Counted from the stretch's first letter, positions 8,411-17,972 are shown. The stretch: 24,883 bases of DNA from Hormoscilla sp. (GCA_051439505.1 JBFRWI010000143.1:1-24883), one strand, 5' to 3'. Numbers and translations: made by a program. The notes: generated from the sequence alone by a model not told the origin.

Positions 8411-8549
8411 AGAAACCGGGTTTCTTTGAGAATTTTCCCATATCCACCGAGAAATCACTTAAGAAACCCGGTTTCTCAAGGACAGCGCGGGAGCCAATGA
8501 TTCGCCGGCGGCCATTATCCCGTGCAGCCTCTTGGAGAAACCGGTTTCT
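8411..8549. repeat. Three AGAAACC(G/C)GGTTTCT-type palindromes (Oscillatoriales-type intergenic repeat)
   Basis: Copies at 8411-8425, 8462-8476 and 8536-8549; the last is one base shorter. Confidence 0.8.
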
Positions 8550-8634
8550 GAGATTAGGATAGTTAACAAAATTTAACATACCCGACAACGGCCAAAGAGT
8601 TAGAATGAGAGCATGTTGACATCAGTTAAGATAG

Positions 8635-9222
8635 GTGAAGGTGATTATGAAAATCAAGTATACATCATTGATAGCAGGATTGGCAGCAGGGGTACTGGCA
8701 GTGGGATGCGACCCAACACCACCCACACCACCCACAGTGGAGTTCCGCTGTCTTAAGGGTTACCATCAAGAGAAAAAAGAATACGTGCCGACCACCTTTG
8801 CGTGGACGCAAAGAGGAAAAAGTCCCGTGATCCGCTGGGTAAGAGATGATTTCAAGGCAGCGGGATACGATCCTAGGACACGATGCGAGGAAGTTTCGCC
8901 CCGGTTTCAGGAAGCTTATAGGAATGGTAGCCTCAAGTACCTGACTAATGGAGAAATGCACGAACAACCGGTGATCTGCTCGACAAGGGAAGAGGGGGGA
9001 GACTGCGAGACTTTGCTGTTTACCCTGCTACATAAAGATGATGGGAAGGCAACCTTGGAAGATCTAGAGGCAGTTCTTGATGGTCGTAAGTCTGGCGGTC
9101 CCATGGAACAGGAGGGGGGAGGGTTAAAGTTGGATGACGAGACGGGGCAACTATACCTCAAAGTGGATATTGACGAGTTCCTCCGCACAGCACCGGTTGA
9201 ACCGGTTGAACCGGTTGAGTAG
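8635..9222 (+). CDS. COP23 domain lipoprotein; likely start ATG 8647
   Basis: Lipobox LAVG-C. FRC...PTTFA...PVIRWV...RCEEVSPRFQ...G.LKYLTNGEMHEQPVIC...C..LLFTL matches the COP23 pattern. C-terminal PVE x3 is encoded by (ACCGGTTGA)3 at 9192-9218. Confidence 0.85.
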   Translation: MKVIMKIKYTSLIAGLAAGVLAVGCDPTPPTPPTVEFRCLKGYHQEKKEYVPTTFAWTQRGKSPVIRWVRDDFKAAGYDPRTRCEEVSPRFQEAYRNGSLKYLTNGEMHEQPVICSTREEGGDCETLLFTLLHKDDGKATLEDLEAVLDGRKSGGPMEQEGGGLKLDDETGQLYLKVDIDEFLRTAPVEPVEPVE

Positions 9223-9307
9223 GGTGGGCACTGCCCACAAAGCCCTCGTTTTTCTCGTGGAGTGGCTCTGCCAGGGAACGGGGGTTTGGAGGCTCTGCGG
9301 ACAGTAG

Positions 9308-12292
9308 ATGAAAGGAGGCAGAGCCTTAGTTAGCACTAGCGTTCCCAGGGGTCGCCCACCGAAGGAGATGTTAAGTAAGAAGGATATGAAGATGAATCGT
9401 AAAAAATTAAAGTTAATTCTGATTTTTACTATTGGTTTGTTGCTGCTGCCTTTTGCTTTCGGTGGGACTTTCTATTTCCTTAAGGTGATGCAGGAACAGC
9501 GGAGCGAGGAGGCGGAATTGCGTCAATTGGCCTCCTTGATTACAGTGAGAGTGCTACTAGACAATACTCGCGGTTCGGGGGTGTTGATTGAAAAAGATGG
9601 GCAGGTTTATACGGTACTCACTAACGCTCATGTGGCTCGCTCTGGCAAATCCTACCGTATCCAGACTCCTGATGGTAAATCATATCCGGCTGAGTTTGCC
9701 AAGGTTAAGAAACATGACTACGATATGACGATTTTACAGTTCACGGCAGATGCTGATGCTAACTATCAAGTCGCTACCTTGAAAAAATATATCAAAAGGG
9801 GAAAGCTGCCACAGCCAGTGTTTGCGGCTGGGTTCTCTGATAATGCCCGGAAATTGGTCTTGACTAGGGGAGAGCTTTCTATGTTGGCTTCTCAGCCATT
9901 GAAAGAGGGGTATCAAATTGGCTATACGAATGAAGTTGTACCGGGTATGAGTGGCGGTCCGGTGCTGAATGCTGAGGGTAAGTTGATTGGCATTAATGGT
10001 ATGGGCGATCCGATTCGGCGGTCTGCCTATGAATTTCCCGATGGTTCCTACCCTAATGACGAGGATCAAGAAAAAATGAACTTCTTGAATTGGGGGGTGC
10101 CAATTCAAAGGGTGGCGGAGGTATATCCTCCCGATCGATTATCGGCAGTTGTACCGGCGGAGGTGAAGGAAGAAGCCCGAAAGATTACAGTGCGAATTGA
10201 GTGGCCTGACAATAATGGTTCGGGAGCGATTGTTGCTCAGCGAGGGCAGACTTATTACGTCCTGACGGCAGCTCATGTGGTGGATGAAGAAAGGGAATAT
10301 AAGGTGGTTGCCCATGATAGTAAGCAATACCTGGTGGATTATGGTAAGGTAAAAAAACTGGAAGGGGTGGACTTGGCGGTGTTGCAGTTCCAGAGTCAGG
10401 AAAGTTACGAAGTGGCAACTTTGGCAAAGTATAATTTGAAAGTTGATGAAAAACCATGGATTTTCCTGTCAGGGTGGCCAGCTTTAAAGAGAATAGGAGA
10501 GCTGAGAAGTTTGCGGCCGGAGTTCACTGCTGGACGGGTTTTTAGTAAGGAACGAGGGGCTTTGGTAGGGAAAGATCCTGGGTCTTTCACTAAAGGTTAC
10601 GAGCTAGTTTACAGTAATCTAACTGAAGGAGGGATGAGTGGTGGACCGGTGTTAGATACTAAGGGCCGGGTAATTGGTATCCATGCAGCAACAGAGGTAG
10701 ATGATAAAAGGCGTGGTTATAGAATGGGTTATAGTTTGGGGGTGCCTGTCAGGACGTTTTTGAGTTTGGCAAGTAGGATGGAGGTAAAACCTGAGTGGTC
10801 GCAGGTAGAGGAATCGCCACCACCGTCGCTGAATGCAATAGAAGAATTGAAAATTATAGAGGCTTTATCGATTGATAAAAAACCGCCCCCGGGTGAGAGT
10901 GCGGAAGATTGGGTGAATTATGGCAATCAATCTTGGCGGTTATTTCGATATGAGGAGGCGGTGGAGGCTTTTGATGAAGCGATTAAACTGAAACAGGATT
11001 TATATCAAGCTTGGTATGGACGCGGGTTGGCGCTGAAATCACAGGGAAACTATCAAGCAGCAGCGACGTCTTTTGAGAAGGCGGCGGAAATAGAACAAAA
11101 ATTTTATCAAGCTTGGCGCCAACGAGCTGATGCGCTTGCCTCGTTGGGAAAATACTCAGAGGCGCTAGCATCTATTGATAAAGCAATTAAGATAAACTCC
11201 GAAGATTCGGTACTTTATTGGTTGCGTGGTTTAATTCTACAAGAATCAGGAAGTTACGCAGAAGCAGTGGTGGCTTACAATAAAGCGATCGAAATTAAGC
11301 CCCATCCATTTGCATACAACAACAGGGGGATTGCACGCTCAGACAATGGAGACAAAAAAGAGGCGATCGCAGATTTCACCAAAGCGATAGAAATTAAGCC
11401 AGACCATGCCGGAGCCTACAACAACCGGGGTCTGGCACGCTATGAGTTGGAAGACTATGAAGAGGCGATCGCAGATTACGATAAAGCCATAGAACTTAAC
11501 CCAGACTTTGCGGAAGCCTACTACAACAGGGGGAATGCACGCTCAGACAAGGAAGACTATGAAGGGGCGCTCGCAGATTACAATCGATCCATAAAAATTA
11601 ACCGAGACGATGCCGCAGCATACAACAACCGGGGTGTGGTACGCTCATACTTGGGAGACTATGAAGGAGCGATCGCAGATTACGATAAAGCCATAGAAAT
11701 TGACCCAGACTTTGCGGAAGCCTACTACAACAGGGGGAATGCACGCTCAGACTTGGGAGACAAAGAAGGGGCGCTCGCAGATTACGATAAAGCGATTGAC
11801 ATTAACCCAGAATATGCCGTAGCCTACAACAAAAGGGGAATTGTACGCTCAGACTTGGGAAACTATGAAGGGGCGATCGCAGATTACAATCGAGCCATAG
11901 AAATTAACCCAGACTATGCCGAAGTCTACAACAACAGAGGTGTGGCACGCTCAGACTTGGGAGACAAAGATGGGGCGATCGCAGATTACGATAAAGCCAT
12001 AGAAATTGACCCAGAATATGCAGATTACTATACCAACAGGGCGAATGCACGCTCAGACTTGGGAGACAAAGATGGGGCGCTCACAGATTACGATAAAGCC
12101 ATAGAAATTGACCCAGACGATGCAGCAGCCTACAACAACCGAGGTCGGGTACGCGAAAAATTGGGAGAAGATGAAAGGGCGATCGCAGATTACGATAAAG
12201 CTGCACAAATATTTTGCAAGGAAAGGAGTCCTTATTGCAAAATAGCACAGGAAAACCTCAGAAGACTTCAGCAGAAGTTAGACAGTAACTGA
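9308..12292 (+). CDS. Membrane-anchored tandem trypsin-like serine protease with about 13 TPR repeats; true start probably 9368-9392
   Basis: TM helix after the basic MNRKKLK segment. Two complete triads: LTNAHV/YDMTILQF/PGMSGGPV and LTAAHV/VDLAVLQF/GGMSGGPV. 34-aa AYNNRG...AIADYDKAIEI.P repeats. Confidence 0.92.
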   Translation: MKGGRALVSTSVPRGRPPKEMLSKKDMKMNRKKLKLILIFTIGLLLLPFAFGGTFYFLKVMQEQRSEEAELRQLASLITVRVLLDNTRGSGVLIEKDGQVYTVLTNAHVARSGKSYRIQTPDGKSYPAEFAKVKKHDYDMTILQFTADADANYQVATLKKYIKRGKLPQPVFAAGFSDNARKLVLTRGELSMLASQPLKEGYQIGYTNEVVPGMSGGPVLNAEGKLIGINGMGDPIRRSAYEFPDGSYPNDEDQEKMNFLNWGVPIQRVAEVYPPDRLSAVVPAEVKEEARKITVRIEWPDNNGSGAIVAQRGQTYYVLTAAHVVDEEREYKVVAHDSKQYLVDYGKVKKLEGVDLAVLQFQSQESYEVATLAKYNLKVDEKPWIFLSGWPALKRIGELRSLRPEFTAGRVFSKERGALVGKDPGSFTKGYELVYSNLTEGGMSGGPVLDTKGRVIGIHAATEVDDKRRGYRMGYSLGVPVRTFLSLASRMEVKPEWSQVEESPPPSLNAIEELKIIEALSIDKKPPPGESAEDWVNYGNQSWRLFRYEEAVEAFDEAIKLKQDLYQAWYGRGLALKSQGNYQAAATSFEKAAEIEQKFYQAWRQRADALASLGKYSEALASIDKAIKINSEDSVLYWLRGLILQESGSYAEAVVAYNKAIEIKPHPFAYNNRGIARSDNGDKKEAIADFTKAIEIKPDHAGAYNNRGLARYELEDYEEAIADYDKAIELNPDFAEAYYNRGNARSDKEDYEGALADYNRSIKINRDDAAAYNNRGVVRSYLGDYEGAIADYDKAIEIDPDFAEAYYNRGNARSDLGDKEGALADYDKAIDINPEYAVAYNKRGIVRSDLGNYEGAIADYNRAIEINPDYAEVYNNRGVARSDLGDKDGAIADYDKAIEIDPEYADYYTNRANARSDLGDKDGALTDYDKAIEIDPDDAAAYNNRGRVREKLGEDERAIADYDKAAQIFCKERSPYCKIAQENLRRLQQKLDSN
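11312..12215 (+). repeat. Nine 102-bp intragenic TPR-coding tandem repeats
   Basis: Unit starts at 11312, 11414, ... 12128, an exact 102-bp period with high DNA-level similarity. Confidence 0.9.
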
Positions 12293-12314
12293 TTCCTGGA
12301 ACCCTGGCAGATGC

Positions 12315-13284
12315 CTCACGTCAGGGGCGATCGCATGTGCCCGTGGTGGCAGACAGAAAATGGGCGATCGCCTTCACATCAGGGGCGATCGGGTATCGGG
12401 GGGCGATCGCATGTGGCCGGGGCACGGCGGCAGTTACATTTTCATCTTTACCGATAATTGGTGGATGCCGTGCCCCTACAGGTGGCGATCTCCTGCATCC
12501 AGCAATATTTGCGATCTCCTTTATTTTTTGACATAAATGGTAGGGGCACGGCATCCATAAATTAGGATATAAACCAGAAAGTATCTATTGCCGTGCCCCG
12601 GTGCGACCGTCGCGATCTGTTGGGTGACATTTGCATTGGCGATCGGGTATCGGGGGGCGATCGCATGTGACCGGGGCACGGCGGCAGTCACATTTTCATC
12701 TTTACCAATAATTGGTGGATGCCGTGCCCCTACAGGGAATTGGCGATCTGATGCAGACCGCCTTATTTGCGATCTCCTTTATTTTTTGACAGAAATGGTA
12801 GGGGCACGGCCTCCATAAATCAGGATATAAACTGCAAATTAATCTATCGCCGTACACCGGTGCGACCTTCGCGATCTGTTGGGTGACATAAAATTCGCGA
12901 TCGGGCATCGGGGGGCGATCGGGTATCGGGGGGCGATCGCGTGAGACCGGGGCACGGCGGCAGTCACATTTTCATCTTTACCAATAATTGGGTGGATGCC
13001 GTGCCCCGATGGGAAATGGTGGGCGGATGCAGACGATCTATGCGATCGGGTTTATTTTTTGACCAGTATGGTAGGGGCACGGCATCGATAAATTATGATA
13101 TAAACAGCAAATATATATATCGCCGTACACCGGTGCGACATTGGCAATCTGTTGGGTGACAGAAAATTGGCGATCGGGTATCGGGGGGCGATCGGGCATC
13201 GGGGGGCGATCGGGCATGTGGCCAGGGCACGGCGGCAGTTACATTTTCATCTTCCCCGATAATTAATGGATGCCGTACACCTAC
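12315..13284. repeat. Non-coding mosaic tandem array: about 3.5 units of ~255-275 bp built from REPIN-like hairpins and HIP1-rich 18-mers
   Basis: Unit anchor GGCGATCGGGTATCGGGGGGCGATCG at 12384, 12638, 12914 and 13169. Each full unit has two oppositely oriented GTAGGGGCACGGCA/TGCCGTGCCCCTAC elements. Confidence 0.92.
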
Positions 13285-13519
13285 GGGTGTGGTCATGCAT
13301 TTGTTGCAAAGGATCCCCCCCAAACCCCCCCGTGGCAATTGGGGGGGTGAGGTCAGCCCCCCTTTTTAAGGGGGGTTTGGGGGGATCCGGCGAATGATTG
13401 ACCACGGGAGATGAATTTAACGGACCCGTGGGGGTGAAATCGAATAATTCTCAATTAGCCATTAGCCATTAGCCATTAGCGAGAATTGTTATCAGATCCC
13501 ATGAATTGAGATGCACCCG
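13284..13519. repeat. Composite element: CGGGTGTGGTCA ... GGATCCCCCC(C)AAACCCCCC palindrome ... (ATTAGCC)4 ... TGAGATGCACCCG
   Basis: 13284-13393 is similar to 24756-24865. Heptamer STRR at 13454-13481. The right end (13507-13519) is an imperfect inverted copy of the left end. Confidence 0.7.
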
Positions 13520-13585
13520 CACGAAGAGTGCTTCCGAAGGATAATTAGAGTACAATCAGGGCGATGGACGGATTAAGCGCAAAAG

Positions 13586-13981
13586 ATGAGTTCCGAGAAC
13601 AACCTCTTTGACATAATGCAAAAAAGCTTCCGCGTCTCCCTAGGCGCGACCACGGCCCTGGTGGAGTCCTTGCAAGACCCCCAGAAGAGAGACGAGAACT
13701 GGGCCAAAATGCAAACTGATTTCGGTCAACTGACCGAGGAATGGGCCGAAAAAGGAGCAGTCACCGAACAGGAAGCCCGCAGTTTCGTTGATAATCTGAT
13801 GTCCGAACAAGCCTCACAGTCCACTTCGGGAACCTCCGACCCCAGCAGTGCCACCACCACAGCGACCCCAACTGCTGAAGCAGACATCGAACAGGAGTTA
13901 CAGGATCTAACAGCTCAAATCATCGCCCTGCGGGAGGAGTTAGAGAAACTACGGGAGTCCGAATCAGATTCTTCCCCATAG
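13586..13981 (+). CDS. Conserved cyanobacterial hypothetical protein (phasin-like helical protein with C-terminal coiled coil)
   Basis: QKSFRVSLGAT..LVESLQD...W.EKGAVTEQEARSFVD and ELQDLTAQIIALREELEKLR. Confidence 0.7.
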   Translation: MSSENNLFDIMQKSFRVSLGATTALVESLQDPQKRDENWAKMQTDFGQLTEEWAEKGAVTEQEARSFVDNLMSEQASQSTSGTSDPSSATTTATPTAEADIEQELQDLTAQIIALREELEKLRESESDSSP

Positions 13982-14039
13982 TCCGAACAAGCAAGGAGTC
14001 TGACCCCTTGCCTGTTACAATCTATAGTAAACAAGCAGA

Positions 14040-14085
14040 GGCTCCGCCAGAGGGTGTAAGGCTATCTCACCCCTCTGGCGGAGCC
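14040..14085. terminator. Strong GC-rich hairpin between convergent genes
   Basis: Perfect 15-bp stem GGCTCCGCCAGAGGG (14040-14054) / CCCTCTGGCGGAGCC (14071-14085). Confidence 0.55.
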
Positions 14086-14126
14086 CAACATCTGTCCCCT
14101 GTGCAACCCCGATATTTCCCCTCTTT

Positions 14127-14158
14127 GCAATTAGCAATTAGCAATTAGCAATTAGCAA
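14127..14158. repeat. Heptamer STRR (GCAATTA)4
   Basis: Four perfect copies plus a partial copy. Confidence 0.9.
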
Positions 14159-14199
14159 AAAGGAAACATATATCACCATCATCCCAAAAATGTGCAACA

Positions 14200-15219
14200 T
14201 TAAATTTTGACATTTCTCTGGTATGCTAACTCAGTAGCTACTTGCAGAGCCTCTCGCATACTGGTAGCATTTGCTACTCCTTTCCCAGCAATGTCGAAGG
14301 CAGTACCGTGGTCGGGAGATGTTCTCACAAACGGCAAACCAAGGGATGTGTTGACGGCCCGATCGAAGGCCAGCATTTTCACTGGTATCAAACCTTGATC
14401 GTGGTACATTGCTAGATAGCCATCGGGAACGGAAAAATTTCGGTCCGATCGATACCAAGCTTGAGCGGGTTTAACCCAGAGAGTATCGGGTGGCACCGGT
14501 CCTTCGATGTCGATCTGCCGGTTCTGACGCTGCTGTTCGATCCAGGGAATTAACCAATCTTGCTCTTCGCGTCCCAACTGTCCCCCTTCGCCGCTGTGGG
14601 GGTTCAAACCAGCAATAGCAATGCGGGGACGATCGATCCCAAAATCAGAACGCAAACAATTAACTAGCAAGTCCAGCTTACTACTCAGCAAGGCCGGAGT
14701 CAAGGCTTCAGGCACCTGGCGCAGGGGAATGTGGGTAGTGGCCAGCAGCACGATCAGAGTCCAGCCATTGTCGGGCGATCGGGCCACAAACAGCATAGCA
14801 AAATTATCCGCCCCCGATCGCTCGGCCAGCAGTTCCGTTTGACCCGGATAATCATGTCCAGCAGCTTTCCAAGCAGACTTAGCGATCGGGCCCGTCACAA
14901 TACCTTGAAACTCGCCAGCTAGAGTCCGCGCGATCGCCGTTTCCAGATAAGCAAAACTGGCCGCCCCACTGGCAGCATTCCCGAGGCCGGGAATAATTTT
15001 CCCATCCGCAGGCAGATCTAAGAGGGCCAACTGGTCCGGTGACGCCAGGGGAGATCCGCGATCTGCCAAGCGGTTGTAAGTCTCCTGCAACAGGTCGCCC
15101 GATCCGACCACCGTCACCTGACAATTGTCGGTCACTCTCGGGTCGGCCAAGGCTTTGAGAATCACCTCCGGTCCAATACCCGCCGGGTCTCCCATAGTTA
15201 TAGCTAAACTAGGGCGCAT
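14200..15219 (-). CDS. pdxA: 4-hydroxythreonine-4-phosphate dehydrogenase
   Basis: [61 protein letters not shown]. Confidence 0.97.
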   Translation of the reverse strand: MRPSLAITMGDPAGIGPEVILKALADPRVTDNCQVTVVGSGDLLQETYNRLADRGSPLASPDQLALLDLPADGKIIPGLGNAASGAASFAYLETAIARTLAGEFQGIVTGPIAKSAWKAAGHDYPGQTELLAERSGADNFAMLFVARSPDNGWTLIVLLATTHIPLRQVPEALTPALLSSKLDLLVNCLRSDFGIDRPRIAIAGLNPHSGEGGQLGREEQDWLIPWIEQQRQNRQIDIEGPVPPDTLWVKPAQAWYRSDRNFSVPDGYLAMYHDQGLIPVKMLAFDRAVNTSLGLPFVRTSPDHGTAFDIAGKGVANATSMREALQVATELAYQRNVKI

Positions 15220-15352
15220 TCTTTTTATTCCTTACCCTGAATGTCAAACTGTTCTACAATACATCCTGTAAGCCCGCAACTGCACCAGCACTCTCACCTA
15301 GCTGGGCAGATCTCAGGCTGTCAAAACCATCTATTTAAAGGAAAAGCAAACA

Positions 15353-15463
15353 ATGGGCGGTGAAATTTTCAATGCGGCATTTCTCTCCTCTACCCTAATT
15401 CTGTTAGGTTTAGCCTTAGGCTTTTTGTTGCTCAAAATTCAGGGCCCCGAAGAAGCCGAATAG
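15353..15463 (+). CDS. petM: Cytochrome b6f complex subunit 7 (PetM)
   Basis: Not in the ORF track. Manual translation MGGEIFNAAFLSSTLILLGLALGFLLLKIQGPEEAE (36 aa), AAGGA upstream, divergent from pdxA. Confidence 0.93.
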   Translation: MGGEIFNAAFLSSTLILLGLALGFLLLKIQGPEEAE

Positions 15464-15466
15464 CCC

Positions 15467-15493
15467 GTGATGGCGGGCCCGGCCCGCCATCAC
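15467..15493. terminator. GC-rich hairpin immediately after petM
   Basis: GTGATGGCGGGCC-C-GGCCCGCCATCAC, perfect 13-bp arms. Confidence 0.55.
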
Positions 15494-15495
15494 CC

Positions 15496-15768
15496 CTAAC
15501 TGTCTGGCAGTTCATCGAGATGTCCGAAAGAGAGTAAAAAACATTCCGTCCCTGTAATGCCAACACCGATAGAATGCGCAAACGGTTGGCATCTCCCTAC
15601 AAGGCTGAAAAACTCAGCCATCCGCTGGGCCTTATCCACCGGCAGCACCAGGGAATGCAACTGGCGGACGTTCGCGAGATCCTCGGGATGCTGCACCTCA
15701 CAGTTAAGGGCCTCACCATCCGACCCTCTGATTGGCAGTTCTTGAGACCTAATTGCTTGGGATGACAT
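15496..15768 (-). pseudogene. SmtB/ZiaR-type ArsR family metal-sensing repressor pseudogene
   Basis: N-terminus CEVQHP...KAQRMAEFFSL. The expected continuation GDANRLRILSVLALQ lies in a shifted frame from about 15596. Similarity stops at about 15550, so the HTH and alpha-5 metal site are missing. Confidence 0.82.
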
Positions 15769-16049
15769 AATTATATCAATATTCTAAATTCTTAGACTAC
15801 ATATATGAGATTACTTTCTGGAGCATATTTAAGCCAGCTATAGATAATAGGGCGAGCAATTGCTAGCCCTAAAGTTGCGCAGATAAAGTTAAGCAGGGCA
15901 GAGGGACAGTGATTAGCGCCGCTGCCAGATGAGGATCTTGACATCTTACAGCTGCTGGGGGCAACTCGACTCGGGGGAGATTTCCCCGTCGGGCAAAGAT
16001 TTCTGATAAAATCAAGCACAAAAGTTAACAATTTGTAATAAATTACCTC

Positions 16050-17018
16050 ATGAGCTTATTGGTTGTAGGTGCCACTGGAACCTTGGGAAGACAGGTGACT
16101 CGTAGGGCCCTAGAGGAGGGCTATCAAGTACGCTGTTTGGTGCGGAGTCCTAAAAAGGCGGCATTTTTGAAAGAATGGGGAGCAGAACTGGTCCGAGGAA
16201 ACTTGTGCGACCCCAAAAGTCTACCTCCAGCCTTGGAGGGGATTACAGCTGTGATAGATGCGGCGACGGCCCGACCGACGGATTCCCTGAGCATGAAACA
16301 GGTAGACTGGGAAGGCAAGGTGGCGCTGATTCAAGCAGCCAAAGCGGCAGGAGTGGACCAGTTTATATTTTTCTCGATTCTGGACGCCGAAAAGTATCGG
16401 AATGTACCGTTAATGGAGATTAAACGGTGTACGGAAATATTATTGGCTCAATCGGGTCTGAATTACACGGTGCTGCGGCTAGCAGGCTTTATGCAAGGCT
16501 TGGTCAGTCAATACGCTATCCCCATCCTGGAGAACCAGACAGTTTGGGTAACCGGTGAGGCTTCGCCAATTGCCTTTATGGATGCGATCGACATCGCTAA
16601 GTTTGCTCTAGCGGCCCTGAAGGTTCCAGAAACGACAGGCAAAACATTCCCAGTAGTAGGTCCCCAGGCGATTAGCGGCTATGAGATAATCCGTTTATGC
16701 GAAAAACTGAGCGATCGCTCAGCAAAGATAGCGCGGATGCCCCTTTCATTCTTACGGGTGATGCGCCAAATGGCCCGGTTTTTCCAGTGGACGTGGAATG
16801 TGTCTGACCGATTGGCCTTTGCTGAGGTGCTCTGTTCTGGTAAACCCCTGACAGCGGAGATGGCAGAAGTATACAGCACCTTTGGGCTAGACCCGTCGGA
16901 AACGACAAGCATCGAATCCTATATGCAAGAATACTTCAGCCGTATTTTGCAGAAACTGAAGGAATTAGATTACCAGCGCCAGAAAAACAAAAAGCCCAAA
17001 AAGACGCCTCGTTTTTAG
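16050..17018 (+). CDS. ycf39: Ycf39 atypical SDR / NAD(P)-binding protein (photosystem II assembly factor)
   Basis: LVVGATGTLGRQV, AAFLKEWGAELV, VDWEGKVALIQAA, VPLMEIK, QYAIPILE, DRLAFAEVL; adjacent to the NAD kinase. Confidence 0.88.
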   Translation: MSLLVVGATGTLGRQVTRRALEEGYQVRCLVRSPKKAAFLKEWGAELVRGNLCDPKSLPPALEGITAVIDAATARPTDSLSMKQVDWEGKVALIQAAKAAGVDQFIFFSILDAEKYRNVPLMEIKRCTEILLAQSGLNYTVLRLAGFMQGLVSQYAIPILENQTVWVTGEASPIAFMDAIDIAKFALAALKVPETTGKTFPVVGPQAISGYEIIRLCEKLSDRSAKIARMPLSFLRVMRQMARFFQWTWNVSDRLAFAEVLCSGKPLTAEMAEVYSTFGLDPSETTSIESYMQEYFSRILQKLKELDYQRQKNKKPKKTPRF

Positions 17019-17048
17019 TCAGATTAAACCCAAGGAGTAATAGGTAGT

Positions 17049-17966
17049 GTGCCCAAAGCTGGGATAATATATAACGAAATTAAACCAGTAGCTTGTCGCA
17101 TCGCTGGGGAGTTACAAGCTCAACTGACATCTGTTGGTTGGGATGTCTGCGTGACGACGGGTGTGGGAGGAATTCTCGGCTATTCTCAACCCGATCGCCC
17201 GGTGTGCCATACACCGATAGAGCAGCTAATTCCCCCAGGTTTCGACAAGGAGATGAGTTTTGGAGTGGTGCTGGGGGGAGATGGCACGGTGCTGTCAGCT
17301 TTTCGTCAGGTGGCTCCCTGCTCGCTCCCGCTGCTCACGGTAAATACTGGTCACATGGGTTTCCTGACAGAAGCTTATGTCAATCAACTGCCGATCGCCA
17401 TGGAAAAGGTTCTGGCAGGGGATTATCAAATAGAAGAAAGGGTGATGCTGACAGTGCGAGTGTTGCGCGAGGAGACCTGCATCTGGGAGGCCCTGTCTCT
17501 GAATGAAATGGTGCTGCATCGGGAACCATTAACCAGTATGTGCCATTTTGAAATCCAAGTGGGACATCATGCACCGGTGGATATGGCGGCAGATGGGGTG
17601 ATTGTATCGACGCCAACGGGCTCGACGGCCTATTCTTTGAGCGCGGGAGGAGCAGTGGTCACCCCAGGAGTGCCCGTGCTACAATTGATGCCGATTTGCC
17701 CTCATTCTCTAGCATCCCGGGCTTTGGTGTTTAGTCAAAACGATCCAGTCAGGATTTTTCCAGTCATTCCCAATCGTCTGGTGATGGTAGTAGATGGGAA
17801 TGCAGGATGTTATGTTTTGCCTGAAGATGAGGTGCTAGTAGAGCGATCGCCCTACACGGCTCGCTTCATTCGATTAAAATCGCCGGAGTTTTTCCGCATA
17901 CTCCGGGAAAAATTGGGTTGGGGTCTGCCCCATATTGCTAAACCAACTTCTGTCGAACTTCCCTAA
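17049..17966 (+). CDS. nadK: NAD(+) kinase
   Basis: [47 protein letters not shown]. Confidence 0.96.
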   Translation: MPKAGIIYNEIKPVACRIAGELQAQLTSVGWDVCVTTGVGGILGYSQPDRPVCHTPIEQLIPPGFDKEMSFGVVLGGDGTVLSAFRQVAPCSLPLLTVNTGHMGFLTEAYVNQLPIAMEKVLAGDYQIEERVMLTVRVLREETCIWEALSLNEMVLHREPLTSMCHFEIQVGHHAPVDMAADGVIVSTPTGSTAYSLSAGGAVVTPGVPVLQLMPICPHSLASRALVFSQNDPVRIFPVIPNRLVMVVDGNAGCYVLPEDEVLVERSPYTARFIRLKSPEFFRILREKLGWGLPHIAKPTSVELP

Positions 17967-17972
17967 AGGATA

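Noticed and set aside
11312..12215. Diversity-generating retroelement target
   Set aside because: No reverse transcriptase or non-coding template repeat is present, and differences between units are not adenine-specific.
12315..13338. CRISPR array or protein-coding ORFs in the large repeat region
   Set aside because: Inter-hairpin segments are homologous to each other, not unique spacers. The ORFs are short, on both strands, and are translations of the repeats.
16021..16040. HLR1-like site upstream of ycf39
   Set aside because: The minus-strand ATTACAAA-TT-GTTAACTT has too many mismatches in AT-rich DNA to call.
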